A stretch of DNA of 64,000 nucleotides from an uncultured Blautia sp. (GTDB lineage: Bacteria; Bacillota; Clostridia; Lachnospirales; Lachnospiraceae): NCBI GenBank assembly GCA_958367245.1, contig CATXEA010000003.1, forward strand, positions 20,331 to 84,330, written 5' to 3'. Below, in pieces: positions 46,889 through 56,468 of this stretch. Both the position numbers and the translations under genes were made by a program. Position 1 is the first letter of the stretch. Each line of letters opens with the position of its first letter. Below the pieces are notes generated by a model that was not told where the DNA came from, made no database searches, and was given only the letters and a program-made list of their open reading frames with translations.

Positions 46889-46891
46889 ATT

Positions 46892-48217
46892 ATGGATTTA
46901 TTTGAATATGCAAAATCAAAAACAATGGAGAAGGAATCTCCATTAGCGTCAAGACTGCGCCCGACCACTTTAGAAGAAGTGGTTGGGCAGCAGCATATTG
47001 TGGGAAAAGATAAATTATTATATCGCGCGATTAAGGCTGACAAGCTGACGTCCGTTATTTTTTACGGTCCTCCGGGGACAGGAAAGACGACGCTTGCCAA
47101 GGTAATAGCCAATACGACAAGCGCTAATTTTACCCAGATTAATGCGACAGTAGCCGGAAAGAAGGATATGGAAGAGGTTGTGCGTCAGGCGCAGAGCGAC
47201 CTTGGAATGTATGGCAAAAAGACCATCCTCTTTATCGACGAGATTCACCGCTTCAATAAGGGGCAACAGGATTATCTTCTTCCCTTTGTGGAGGATGGTA
47301 CGATTATCTTAATTGGAGCTACTACCGAAAATCCATATTTCGAGGTAAATGGCGCTCTTCTTTCGCGTTCTATTGTATTTGAGCTGAAATCTCTGGAGAC
47401 TGAGGAAGTGAAAGAACTGATTCTTCGGGCAGTCAATGACCCTGTAAAGGGGATGGGAAGCTATGGAGCGCAGATTGACGAGGATGCGCTGGACTTTCTT
47501 GCAGATATGGCAGGAGGAGACGCCAGAAGCGCTTTAAATGCCATTGAGCTTGGGATTCTGACTACGCCGAGAGATGAGAATGGAAAAATTCATATCACTC
47601 TGGATGTGGCTTCTGAGTGCATTCAGAAACGTGTGGTACGCTATGATAAAAACGGAGATAACCACTACGATATTATTTCTGCTTTTATCAAGAGTATGCG
47701 CGGGTCAGACCCGGATGCGGCTGTTTATTATCTGGCGAAGATGCTCTATGCAGGTGAGGATGTGAAGTTTATTGCGCGAAGGATTATGATTCTTGCATCC
47801 GAGGATATCGGAAACGCAGATCCTCAGGCTCTTTTGGTGGCTGTGGCTGCTGCCCAGGCTGTAGAGCGGGTGGGAATGCCGGAATCTCAGATTATCCTGT
47901 CTCAGGCAGCGGCTTATATGGCGTGTGCGCCTAAAAGCAATGCGGCTGTCAATGCAATTGCAGACGCTATGGATTCTGTTAAAAAGAAAAAAACCACAGT
48001 GCCTGCTCATCTTCAGGATGCTCACTATGGCGGCCATGAGAAGCTGGGACACGGAATCGGCTATAAATATGCCCACAACTATCGGAATCATTATGTAAAA
48101 CAGCAGTATCTGCCCACAGAGATTGCGGACGAAAAGTTTTATATTCTGTCAGATATGGGATATGAAAAGGCTCTGAAAGAGCATATGAACAGAATAAAAA
48201 AAGAAGCAGAGGAATAA
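46892..48217 (+). CDS. rarA: Replication-associated recombination protein A (AAA+ ATPase RarA/MgsA)
   Basis: 441 aa; Walker A GPPGTGKTT, Walker B ILFIDEIHRFNK. Confidence 0.85.
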   Translation: MDLFEYAKSKTMEKESPLASRLRPTTLEEVVGQQHIVGKDKLLYRAIKADKLTSVIFYGPPGTGKTTLAKVIANTTSANFTQINATVAGKKDMEEVVRQAQSDLGMYGKKTILFIDEIHRFNKGQQDYLLPFVEDGTIILIGATTENPYFEVNGALLSRSIVFELKSLETEEVKELILRAVNDPVKGMGSYGAQIDEDALDFLADMAGGDARSALNAIELGILTTPRDENGKIHITLDVASECIQKRVVRYDKNGDNHYDIISAFIKSMRGSDPDAAVYYLAKMLYAGEDVKFIARRIMILASEDIGNADPQALLVAVAAAQAVERVGMPESQIILSQAAAYMACAPKSNAAVNAIADAMDSVKKKKTTVPAHLQDAHYGGHEKLGHGIGYKYAHNYRNHYVKQQYLPTEIADEKFYILSDMGYEKALKEHMNRIKKEAEE

Positions 48218-48243
48218 GCTCTGCTTCTCTTCTATGGGGGAGC

Positions 48244-48756
48244 TTACAGAAGCTCCTCCATTATTTTGTCATAAATTTCCTGACTTTTTCCGGACCATTT
48301 CCTGCACATGGATTTGGCTGCTTCCAGATTAGGGGCTGTCATGGTCAGGTCGATGAGAGAGGTATTTTTTTCGATAAGCTGGCAGTGAACCGTGTAACTT
48401 CCCTGAGCGGAAATATAGTAGTCTGCAGGAGTGATAATGCGCTCGGCAGCCTCGTATCCGCCGGATTTCAGGTAGTCCTTGACTTCTCTGCGGATTTCCG
48501 GAGATAAATCCTGCTGGAAATAAGAGAGGGTTTTTCTGCCTTCTTCCGTGAGATTATAGTGGGATACATTAGAGCGGGTCACTTTTTCGATCAGCTCAGA
48601 TTCCACCAGCTCGGAAATTGCCTGCTGGAGATGGAAATAATTCGTGTATTCCTTTTCGAGAATAAATTCCGAAATCTGGGAATTGGTCAGGCTGTTCTCG
48701 GAATGCTGCAGCATATAGAGAACAATCAGCTTATAAACAGTAAAAGGTGTAGCCAT
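48244..48756 (-). CDS. Hypothetical 170-aa protein, possibly DUF4364-like with winged-helix-like N-terminus
   Basis: Clean ORF 24 bp downstream of radical SAM gene on same strand; no recognisable catalytic motif. Confidence 0.4.
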   Translation of the reverse strand: MATPFTVYKLIVLYMLQHSENSLTNSQISEFILEKEYTNYFHLQQAISELVESELIEKVTRSNVSHYNLTEEGRKTLSYFQQDLSPEIRREVKDYLKSGGYEAAERIITPADYYISAQGSYTVHCQLIEKNTSLIDLTMTAPNLEAAKSMCRKWSGKSQEIYDKIMEELL

Positions 48757-48780
48757 AAATACCTCCTTTGGAAAAGCTTG

Positions 48781-49701
48781 TTACAGCGCTTTTCCCTGAT
48801 AACTCTGTCTTCTGCTCATCTCGTGATGAAGAAGATTCAGTACCTCGCGTTTGCGGCTTGCCCATAGTGGGGCAATCAGTAAATTTTTCGGTCCGTCTCC
48901 TGTGATACGGTGAATTACAAGGTCAGGACGAAGATGTTCCAGACAGTCGATGAGAAGGTCGATATATTCGTCTCTTTCATAGGTCTGGAATATATTGTTT
49001 TCGTAATCAAGAGCCAGATCCGTGCCTTTGAGAACATGGAGAAGCTGAAGCTTGATTCCCTGAATATCCTGTCTGTTTAAATATTCCATTGTTGCAAGGA
49101 TGTCTTCGCGGGTTTCTTTCGGAAGTCCGAGAATTGTGTGTACAATGACTTCGATTCCCTCTCTGCGAAGATTTCTGACAGCATTTTCAAAGACCTCAAG
49201 CTTATACCCGCGGCGGATGTAGAGGGCAGTCTGCGGATGAATCGTCTGCAGTCCCAGTTCTATCCATATGGGCTTTCTCTCATTAAGCTCTGACAAAAGG
49301 GATATGACCTCATCTCCCAGACAGTCGGGTCTTGTTCCAATAGAAAGAGCGACAACTTTTGGGTGGGAGATTGCCTCTGTGAAAATTTTTCTAAGGTATT
49401 CCACAGGGGCATAGGTATTGGTATATGCCTGAAAATAGGCGATATACTTTTCAATGGGGCGTTTCTGTGAAAGAATGGCAATCTGGCTGTCAATCTGCTC
49501 TGTAATGGAAAGGCTTGCAGGCGCTGCGAAGTCGCCGCTTCCCCCCTCGCTGCAGAAAATACAGCCTCTTGTGCCGATTTTTCCATCTCTGTTGGGGCAG
49601 GACATCCCGCCGTTTAAGGTGACTTTGTAGACCTTTTCCCCGAAACGCTCCCGGAGCATATAGTCAAGGGAATGGTAAGGTTTTTCTTTCCACTTTCTCA
49701 T
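48781..49701 (-). CDS. Radical SAM protein, TIGR01212 (YtqA/Elp3-related) family
   Basis: 306 aa; CPNRDGKIGTRGCIFC cluster; 4-bp start overlap with upstream YesL gene stop. Confidence 0.75.
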   Translation of the reverse strand: MRKWKEKPYHSLDYMLRERFGEKVYKVTLNGGMSCPNRDGKIGTRGCIFCSEGGSGDFAAPASLSITEQIDSQIAILSQKRPIEKYIAYFQAYTNTYAPVEYLRKIFTEAISHPKVVALSIGTRPDCLGDEVISLLSELNERKPIWIELGLQTIHPQTALYIRRGYKLEVFENAVRNLRREGIEVIVHTILGLPKETREDILATMEYLNRQDIQGIKLQLLHVLKGTDLALDYENNIFQTYERDEYIDLLIDCLEHLRPDLVIHRITGDGPKNLLIAPLWASRKREVLNLLHHEMSRRQSYQGKAL

Positions 49702-50447
49702 ACAGGGTCATTTCCTGCCGTGGTATCTTCTGTGATGGTATTTTTTGCCAGAGGATTTTCTGTAAAGGTGTTTTCCGGCAGAGATTCGTCACTTAAAGGC
49801 TCATCCTGAGCGTCCTCTTCCTTTGGAATGTAATTGTCAAAGATTCTTACCAGGAAATGACCGTTTAAGTAAGCGATTACAGCAGGTCCCATTATAAGCA
49901 GCAGCATAAGACAGGTTGACTGAAGCTGGAGGGATGGAATAAAGAAAATACCAATTGGGAGCAGGGTAATCACCAGCATTACAAAGGTGTAAGGGAGGTG
50001 ACGGATGGACATCAGGAACGCATTGATGAATGTGTGCTTGATGGTGTTGTAAAATTTCGCAAGTACAGGGTAGATGTACAGGAATACCAGCATATAAAGT
50101 AGGAGGAATGCAATGAAAACAACGAAAAGACCGCTGTAGAGCTTGCCTGACATCCTCTTTACAATGTTGATATCCAGAAACAGCATAATGCCAACCACCA
50201 GCATGATCAGGTTGATGATTGTCGCCTGTTTGAAATTCTCTTTAAAAGATTTAAAGAAATTTTTTACAATATAGGATTCTTCATTTCTTACCATCTTCAT
50301 GGTGACATAGTGAAGGGCCGTAAGGGAGGGTCCGATTGTCACGATAGGAAGACAGCACAGGACGCAGATCAGGTTCAAAATAATCAGGTCTGCAACCTTG
50401 CCCATGAACGTGAAGAATTTGTTGTCCATGTTAAATAATCTGCCCAT
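49698..50447 (-). CDS. YesL/DUF624-family membrane protein with C-terminal acidic Thr/Glu repeat tail
   Basis: N-terminus MGRLFNMDNKFFTFMGKVADLIILNLICVLCCLPIVTIGPS matches DUF624; SD AAGGAG upstream; tail ENTFTENPLAKNTITEDTTAGNDP. Confidence 0.6.
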   Translation of the reverse strand: MGRLFNMDNKFFTFMGKVADLIILNLICVLCCLPIVTIGPSLTALHYVTMKMVRNEESYIVKNFFKSFKENFKQATIINLIMLVVGIMLFLDINIVKRMSGKLYSGLFVVFIAFLLLYMLVFLYIYPVLAKFYNTIKHTFINAFLMSIRHLPYTFVMLVITLLPIGIFFIPSLQLQSTCLMLLLIMGPAVIAYLNGHFLVRIFDNYIPKEEDAQDEPLSDESLPENTFTENPLAKNTITEDTTAGNDPV

Positions 50448-50595
50448 TAATAATAACAACTCCTTTTACTTTAGTATTTCGTGCCGGAATGGGTGTCGGC
50501 ACAGCATGTCATTAGATAAGTATAACGAAATCAGCAGGAAAAAGCAATTGAAAAGGGGAATATTTCACAAATTTCGTTATCAGCCGGAGAAGCTT

Positions 50596-51312
50596 CTACA
50601 ATACAAGAAGCCGGTCTACTGTTACGAAATCATATCCCTCTCCGGAGAGCTCATCTGCGATGCGAAGGGCTGCCTCCACAGAGGTTTCGAAGCCGTCGTG
50701 CATGAGAATGATGGCGCCGTCATGGATTTGGGATTCCACGATTCGGCTTACGCTGTCCGGATTCTTTGTTTTCCAGTCCAGAGTATCAATATCCCAGAAT
50801 ACGGGAAACATGGTAACGGAAAAATCAAGGTCTTTTCTCCATGCGCCGAAGGGCGGACGGATGTAGGAGGGATAAGTTCCTGTAATTTTAAAGATTTCAT
50901 TGCTTGTTTTTTCAATTTCTTCTTTTGCGGTGCGCTCGGAAACCCTGTCTAACTGTACATGGTTATAGGTATGGTTTCCGATAAGATGACCGTCAGCCTG
51001 AATGCGTTCTACCAGATCTTCGTTTCCCGGAATATTTTTGCCCATAAGAAAAAAGGTGGCATGGATTCCACGCTCTTTCAGGCCGTCAAGGAGGAGGGGT
51101 GTATATTTCCGGCTTGGTCCGTCATCAAAGGTCAGGCTGACTTTCGGGGATTCCAGCCCTTTTTCCGTTGTCTGTTCCATAAGTCTGATCATGCCCTTTC
51201 CGGCAACTGTGACAGCCGCTTTTTTTCGAAAATCCTGACCGGCAGATGGGGGAATTGCCAGAAACAGCAGTACAACAGGAAAAAGAAAGATAATATATTT
51301 CCAATACTTCAA
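50596..51312 (-). CDS. Secreted polysaccharide deacetylase (NodB-homology/CE4) family protein
   Basis: Signal peptide; TFDDGP motif and HxxxH (NHTYNHV). Confidence 0.8.
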   Translation of the reverse strand: MKYWKYIIFLFPVVLLFLAIPPSAGQDFRKKAAVTVAGKGMIRLMEQTTEKGLESPKVSLTFDDGPSRKYTPLLLDGLKERGIHATFFLMGKNIPGNEDLVERIQADGHLIGNHTYNHVQLDRVSERTAKEEIEKTSNEIFKITGTYPSYIRPPFGAWRKDLDFSVTMFPVFWDIDTLDWKTKNPDSVSRIVESQIHDGAIILMHDGFETSVEAALRIADELSGEGYDFVTVDRLLVL

Positions 51313-51480
51313 GGCAGTCTCCTGTTATGCAGAGAAGTTCTTGGTTTTATTATATGAGAGGATTTGGGGGATAGACATTTTGCAAAAGGAAAACCCCCAT
51401 TTTAAATGGGGGTTGACAACATTTCCCTGGGGGAGTTTTCAATGTGTGACAGCTCTTTTGGATTGTGAGATGGAGGGAAA

Positions 51481-52332
51481 TCAGCTATTTTCTGGAGATG
51501 CTGCAGTGTCATAAATAACTTTAGAGGAAATATCAGTCATTTGCTGGCTTAAAACCTGTACGCGATAATTACCCTTTTTATCAAGATTGATAATTATATC
51601 TTCACTTTCATAAGGTATTGTGTCAATTTCCTGACCGTCAAGATAAATTACAACTGCAGCAGGGTTCAATATTTCTGATTCTATTGTTTCTTTTGTGATT
51701 GTCATGGTTGATGCAGAAAGCGGTACTGATGTATGGCGTTCTTCGAAGGACAAGTTATCCTTAAATGTTGCTGCTGTATCTGAAAAATGTTTCCAGTATC
51801 TCATAATGACGTTGATTGTACCATACCAGCATCTTTCGTCCGCGGCTTCGCTTACAGGGTAAATTAAATAATTTCCAAGAGCTTCGATTGCATCATCTGA
51901 CGGATTTAAAGAGAAATTATAAAAATCATGGTATTCTTTCAGTGAAGCTTTATCGTTTAAGTCATAATAGAGTGAAATTGAGGTTTCATCAAGGACGGAT
52001 TCACAGGCTTCCTTTGAGTGGGTGGTGATAGCTCCTATTTTTGTGTTTTGTTCCTGAGCCTTTTGAACGAATTCTGCAAGCTTATCATTTTCACAAAATA
52101 CGAATTCAATAGCTGGAAGAGCATAGCCGTATGAAGTTTTGCCCAACATTTCAATAGCTTTTGACAATTGTTCTGAATTCTGTAAATCAGTATCCGTAAT
52201 CCACACAACTTTCTCCGATTCGGGATTTTTTGAGGGAACTGCGGGTGACTTGGCATGAACAACTGTGCATGAAAGTATGCTGGCAGAGAGGATTAAAAAT
52301 ATTAAAAATTTTTTCATAATCTTACTCTTCAT
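51481..52332 (-). CDS. Secreted/lipoprotein-like hypothetical protein (283 aa), AT-rich gene
   Basis: N-terminal signal with possible lipobox ILSC; no known domain; downstream hairpin aacccccatt/aatgggggtt at 51391-51413 acts as terminator on - strand. Confidence 0.5.
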   Translation of the reverse strand: MKSKIMKKFLIFLILSASILSCTVVHAKSPAVPSKNPESEKVVWITDTDLQNSEQLSKAIEMLGKTSYGYALPAIEFVFCENDKLAEFVQKAQEQNTKIGAITTHSKEACESVLDETSISLYYDLNDKASLKEYHDFYNFSLNPSDDAIEALGNYLIYPVSEAADERCWYGTINVIMRYWKHFSDTAATFKDNLSFEERHTSVPLSASTMTITKETIESEILNPAAVVIYLDGQEIDTIPYESEDIIINLDKKGNYRVQVLSQQMTDISSKVIYDTAASPENS

Positions 52333-52508
52333 AAGTTCTCCTTTCTGTTTATAAAATAAATTTACTGTTTATATTATAAATAAATAATAACAATTAGAAA
52401 AAAGATTGTCAATATAAAATGTTAATTGTACATTGATTTTATAAATTAATATATGATATAATGATATTAAAAACAGGGTTATAAATAATCTGAAAGGAAT
52501 GGATAAAA

Positions 52509-52937
52509 ATGAAAGGAAAATCATACGAGTTAACTGCTAATGAAGAATTACTGATGAATATTTTCTGGGAACAGGGAAGACCTTTGACCAGTGTGGATTT
52601 GGGAGAATATCTTACAGAAGAATGCAAAGAGTGGAAAAACGGATATTTGCACAATCTTTTAAAGACATTGCTGATGGATAAAAAAATGTTGCGTGTCACA
52701 GATATTATTCAATATGGAAGACGTTATGCGAAACAATATGAACCGGTTTTTACAAAAGAAGAATATGCGGCAAAGGTAGTATCAAAATTAAATGTGCCCA
52801 AAAGTTCTGTGCCGCAGATTGCATATGCGCTTGTGAAGGAGGTTGCCGGTGAGGATAAAGAAGAAATTATATCTGAACTGGAAAATATCCTGAACAGGCT
52901 AAAAGAAGAATGTGAGGAAGGAGAAGCGCTGATATGA
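52509..52937 (+). CDS. BlaI/MecI/CopY-family winged-helix transcriptional repressor
   Basis: 142 aa; N-terminal wHTH with LT..E...M..FW consensus, C-terminal dimerisation helix. Confidence 0.75.
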   Translation: MKGKSYELTANEELLMNIFWEQGRPLTSVDLGEYLTEECKEWKNGYLHNLLKTLLMDKKMLRVTDIIQYGRRYAKQYEPVFTKEEYAAKVVSKLNVPKSSVPQIAYALVKEVAGEDKEEIISELENILNRLKEECEEGEALI

Positions 52938-54073
52938 CGTATTATACGTGTATAAGCTCGGTTGCATCTACAATACTGCTTTTTGCGCTTCTCTTTCTGA
53001 TGAGGAAAAAATGCTGTTTTTCAAATGCATTAGAACCGCGTGTTTTTGTCTTTTTATATGCAATAAGTATGCTGCGTTTATTTTTTCCCCTTGATTTTGA
53101 AATAACAAAAGGGATTTCCTGTGAAGGTGTTTATTCATGGTTATTTAACTTGCTGTTTATTAAAAAAATAAAGTTTTTTACGATAGAGATTTCTATAATA
53201 AATATACTCGTTGGGATATTTGTAATAGTTTCTGTATTGCAGATACTGCAATATATAAAAATGTATTATAAAGTAATGCGAGAAACAGAGGAATATGAAG
53301 GGTATGAAATAAAACAGCAGAGCAGAGTGATAGAAGAGATTAAAAAGATATATCCGAATCTTCCAGAATGTATGATAAAAAAGAGCAGAGAGGTAAGGAT
53401 TCCTTTTACGTTTGGTATTTTTCGAAAGAAAATTGTTTTACCGGATGTAAACTATTCTGATACAGAATTGTATTATATTCTTTTGCATGAATGCACACAT
53501 TTGGTAAAGGGAGATTTGATAAAAAAATATGCTATAGATATATGGGGGCGATTTTTCTGGTGGCTGCCGTTTCATAAATTTATATGCAGAGATATGGAGC
53601 AGTTAATTGAAATTCAATGTGATTCGTCCGTCGTAAAAAAAATATCACATCAAAATAAATATGCATATATGTCTACGCTTTTAAATGCAGTCAGATATTG
53701 CTCAGAAATGGAGTCGGAAGGTAATTCTTCCTCATTGGCATTTTTTCACAGTGAAAACATGCATACAATGATTGAACGGTTTCATATTTTAGGAAATGGC
53801 AATGGAAAGAAAAAAACAAATTATGTATTCCTGTTTATAGGGATATTGTTGATAGCAGCTTCTTATTTGTTCGTACCAGTTTCTGCATTTGAACCGGATA
53901 TTAAAGAAATAGAAAATTCAGGATATACGTCAGTTTCTCCGGAAAATCCAAATCAATATTTATATTATGAGAATGGAAATTATTTTTTGGTGACAGATAC
54001 TGAGAAGAAAATACCGATTCCACAGGAACATGTTCAGCATATGCTGGAATCAGGTATAGAAATTAAAAAATAA
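52934..54073 (+). CDS. BlaR1/MecR1-like M56 zinc-metalloprotease signal transducer lacking a penicillin-binding sensor domain
   Basis: 4-bp overlap with BlaI gene; TM helices; HEXXH in LLHECTHLVKGDL; short (~75 aa) extracytoplasmic C-terminal domain; very AT-rich. Confidence 0.7.
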   Translation: MTYYTCISSVASTILLFALLFLMRKKCCFSNALEPRVFVFLYAISMLRLFFPLDFEITKGISCEGVYSWLFNLLFIKKIKFFTIEISIINILVGIFVIVSVLQILQYIKMYYKVMRETEEYEGYEIKQQSRVIEEIKKIYPNLPECMIKKSREVRIPFTFGIFRKKIVLPDVNYSDTELYYILLHECTHLVKGDLIKKYAIDIWGRFFWWLPFHKFICRDMEQLIEIQCDSSVVKKISHQNKYAYMSTLLNAVRYCSEMESEGNSSSLAFFHSENMHTMIERFHILGNGNGKKKTNYVFLFIGILLIAASYLFVPVSAFEPDIKEIENSGYTSVSPENPNQYLYYENGNYFLVTDTEKKIPIPQEHVQHMLESGIEIKK

Positions 54074-54317
54074 GTATTTAGCTGTATGATGTTGGAAGCA
54101 AAAAGATGTCTGAATGATTTTTTCTGTATACCGTGCTGCTTTTGTCTGGCATTTAAGTGCTTTTTCTGATAAAATCAAAGTAAGAAAAAAGCAGAGAAGG
54201 TGAGTGAAGGAGTCAAATGTCACTTACAAAAGAGAAAAAGAAATAGAGCATACATTTCGAGGAATCCTTTTATGTACGGAAGATAACGATACATAAGTTC
54301 AGGAAAGGAGAATCCTC

Positions 54318-55259
54318 GTGGGAAATCATACTATTTTTGATGATGTTTTCCGGACGATGCTGGAAAAAATGCCGGAGCTTGTTATTCCGCTGATCAATGA
54401 AGTTTTCGGCACAGAGTATCCGGAAGATATTCCCATTATTCAAAAGAGAAACGAGCATGAGACAAAAAGCGGCGAGATTATTACGGATTCCCATCTGTTT
54501 ATCGGGAACAGGGTCTATCACATTGAATGCCAGAGTACCAGTGATCCCACAATGGTCATCCGTATGATTGAATATGATTTTGCAACAGCTCTTGAATATG
54601 CACAAAGAGAAAACGGAAAAGTCCGTATATATTTTCCGCATTCCTGCGTACTATATCTTCGTGGAAAGTATGGAGCAGATATGCTGGAGATGAAAATAGT
54701 GATGCCGGATGGCAGTCTGGTCGATTATCATGTGCCCATCATTCGGATGGAACAGTATACGAGAGATGGAATCTTCCGGAAAAAACTGCTGTTTCTGCTT
54801 CCGTTCTATGCTATACGCTATGAAAAGCAGAAAAGAGAACTGGAAGAAAATACAGAGAAACTGGACAGCCTGCTGTCCGAATACCGTCTCATCGAAAAGC
54901 ATCTGGAAGAAGAGCTTCTTGATAAGGGAAAGGAAAAAGAATACCGGGATTTAATTGAGCTTATTATCCGAATTGCTGACTACATTTTCGAGGATTCGGG
55001 AAAAGCAAGAAAAGGAGTAGGTGATGTTATGGGCGGAAATGTACTGGAACTGGAATCTGACCGACTGATTCAGCGAGGTTATGAACAGGGAATTGAGCGT
55101 GGAATTGAACAGGGCGTTACGCGTGGAGAGGAACAACAGGCGCTGAAAACCGCACGCCTGATGCTGATAGACGGGAAATTATCGTTGGAAGAAATCTCCC
55201 GTTTTTCAGGGCTGGAACCGGAAAGGATTATACGGTTAAAAAAAGAAGAGAAGTTGTAA
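54318..55259 (+). CDS. Rpn-family (YhgA-like, PD-(D/E)xK) recombination-promoting nuclease / putative transposase
   Basis: N-terminus HTIFDDVF...LINEVFG, core IIRMIEYDF..., C-terminal RGYEQGIERGIEQG repeat region typical of the family; GTG start with SD AAAGGAG. Confidence 0.7.
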   Translation: MGNHTIFDDVFRTMLEKMPELVIPLINEVFGTEYPEDIPIIQKRNEHETKSGEIITDSHLFIGNRVYHIECQSTSDPTMVIRMIEYDFATALEYAQRENGKVRIYFPHSCVLYLRGKYGADMLEMKIVMPDGSLVDYHVPIIRMEQYTRDGIFRKKLLFLLPFYAIRYEKQKRELEENTEKLDSLLSEYRLIEKHLEEELLDKGKEKEYRDLIELIIRIADYIFEDSGKARKGVGDVMGGNVLELESDRLIQRGYEQGIERGIEQGVTRGEEQQALKTARLMLIDGKLSLEEISRFSGLEPERIIRLKKEEKL

Positions 55260-55277
55260 AAAAGATAATTTATGCCA

Positions 55278-55316
55278 GAAACAGACCGGACAGAAAGTTC
55301 CGGTCTGTTTCTTCGT
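55278..55316 (+). terminator. Intrinsic terminator after Rpn gene
   Basis: 13-bp stem gaaacagaccgga/tccggtctgtttc, T-rich tail. Confidence 0.6.
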
Positions 55317-55433
55317 TATGCTGGTTTTCAACAGACTATAAAAAATAATCGAAAGAAGATACTGCGTCGGTTTTAAATTTGTGGTAAAATTTTGTTATTA
55401 TATACAGAAAATCAAAAATAACGGAGCGATATT

Positions 55434-56468
55434 ATGAAAAAGAAAACAATGCTGGCGCTGGGCGCTGCTATGGCTGTGGTGATGCTGCTTCTTTATATAA
55501 CAGGCGACCTGTATTATAAAAGTCTGATGGAAGAAACATTCAGGGAAAGTCAGGACAGCCACAGGTATACATATAAATTTGATATGATCGTGGAAAATCA
55601 GGAATCTGCATTCTGGCAGGAGGTTTATAAAAGCGCCAGAGAAAATGCAGCAAAGAATGACGTTCTTCTGGAGCTTAAAGGCGCGGGATGGAAGACAGAT
55701 TATGACAAGATAGACTTTATGAATATGAGTATCGCCTCCCAGCCGGACGGAATTATTCTGGAATATAACGGGGAACCGGGACTGAAAGAAAAAATTGACG
55801 AGGCGGCAGACAAGGGAATTCCTGTAGTCACTGTAATGAACGATGCGGGAAAGAGCAGGCGCCAGAGCTTCATTGGAGTCAGCGAATATCAGCTAGGCAC
55901 TGCATATGGGGAACAGGTTGCCAGATACATGGATGAAAATACAGAAAATATTCTGATTCTTATGAATCGGGAAATCGACGATATGAGCAGAAGTCATCTC
56001 TATACCCAGATTATGAATGCGGTTACCCGTAACGTAAAAAAAGAGCAGAGAATTGATGTGCGCATGGAGAACCTGCTTCCGGCAGGAAGCTTTGAAACAG
56101 AAGAAGCAATCTCTGATATTTTCCAGAAATCAGAGGAAATACCGGATATTCTGATATGTATGGATGAAGAGACAACAGAATGTGTCCGCCAGTCTGTCCT
56201 CAACTTTAATCTGGCAGGAAAGGTAAAAATCATAGGGTACTATATATCCGAAGATATCCTCTCCGCTGTGGAAAAAGGCATCATTTCCGTTACCTGCAAT
56301 GTGGATACAGAGCAGTTGGGCAGATACAGCGTAGAAGCGCTGACAGATTATCTGAAGGAAGGGCGTTCCAGCTCCTACTACAGCGTAGATTTAAGCTTTG
56401 TGGGAAAAGATGACGTAGACAGAATCAGAAGGGAGGCAATTGCCAATGAAACAGATCAGGTGGAGTAA
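55434..56468 (+). CDS. Membrane-anchored periplasmic-binding-protein-like (type I sugar-binding fold) protein, first gene of sensor module
   Basis: N-terminal TM anchor LALGAAMAVVMLLLYI; PBP-like fold; immediately upstream of and overlapping histidine kinase gene. Confidence 0.6.
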   Translation: MKKKTMLALGAAMAVVMLLLYITGDLYYKSLMEETFRESQDSHRYTYKFDMIVENQESAFWQEVYKSARENAAKNDVLLELKGAGWKTDYDKIDFMNMSIASQPDGIILEYNGEPGLKEKIDEAADKGIPVVTVMNDAGKSRRQSFIGVSEYQLGTAYGEQVARYMDENTENILILMNREIDDMSRSHLYTQIMNAVTRNVKKEQRIDVRMENLLPAGSFETEEAISDIFQKSEEIPDILICMDEETTECVRQSVLNFNLAGKVKIIGYYISEDILSAVEKGIISVTCNVDTEQLGRYSVEALTDYLKEGRSSSYYSVDLSFVGKDDVDRIRREAIANETDQVE

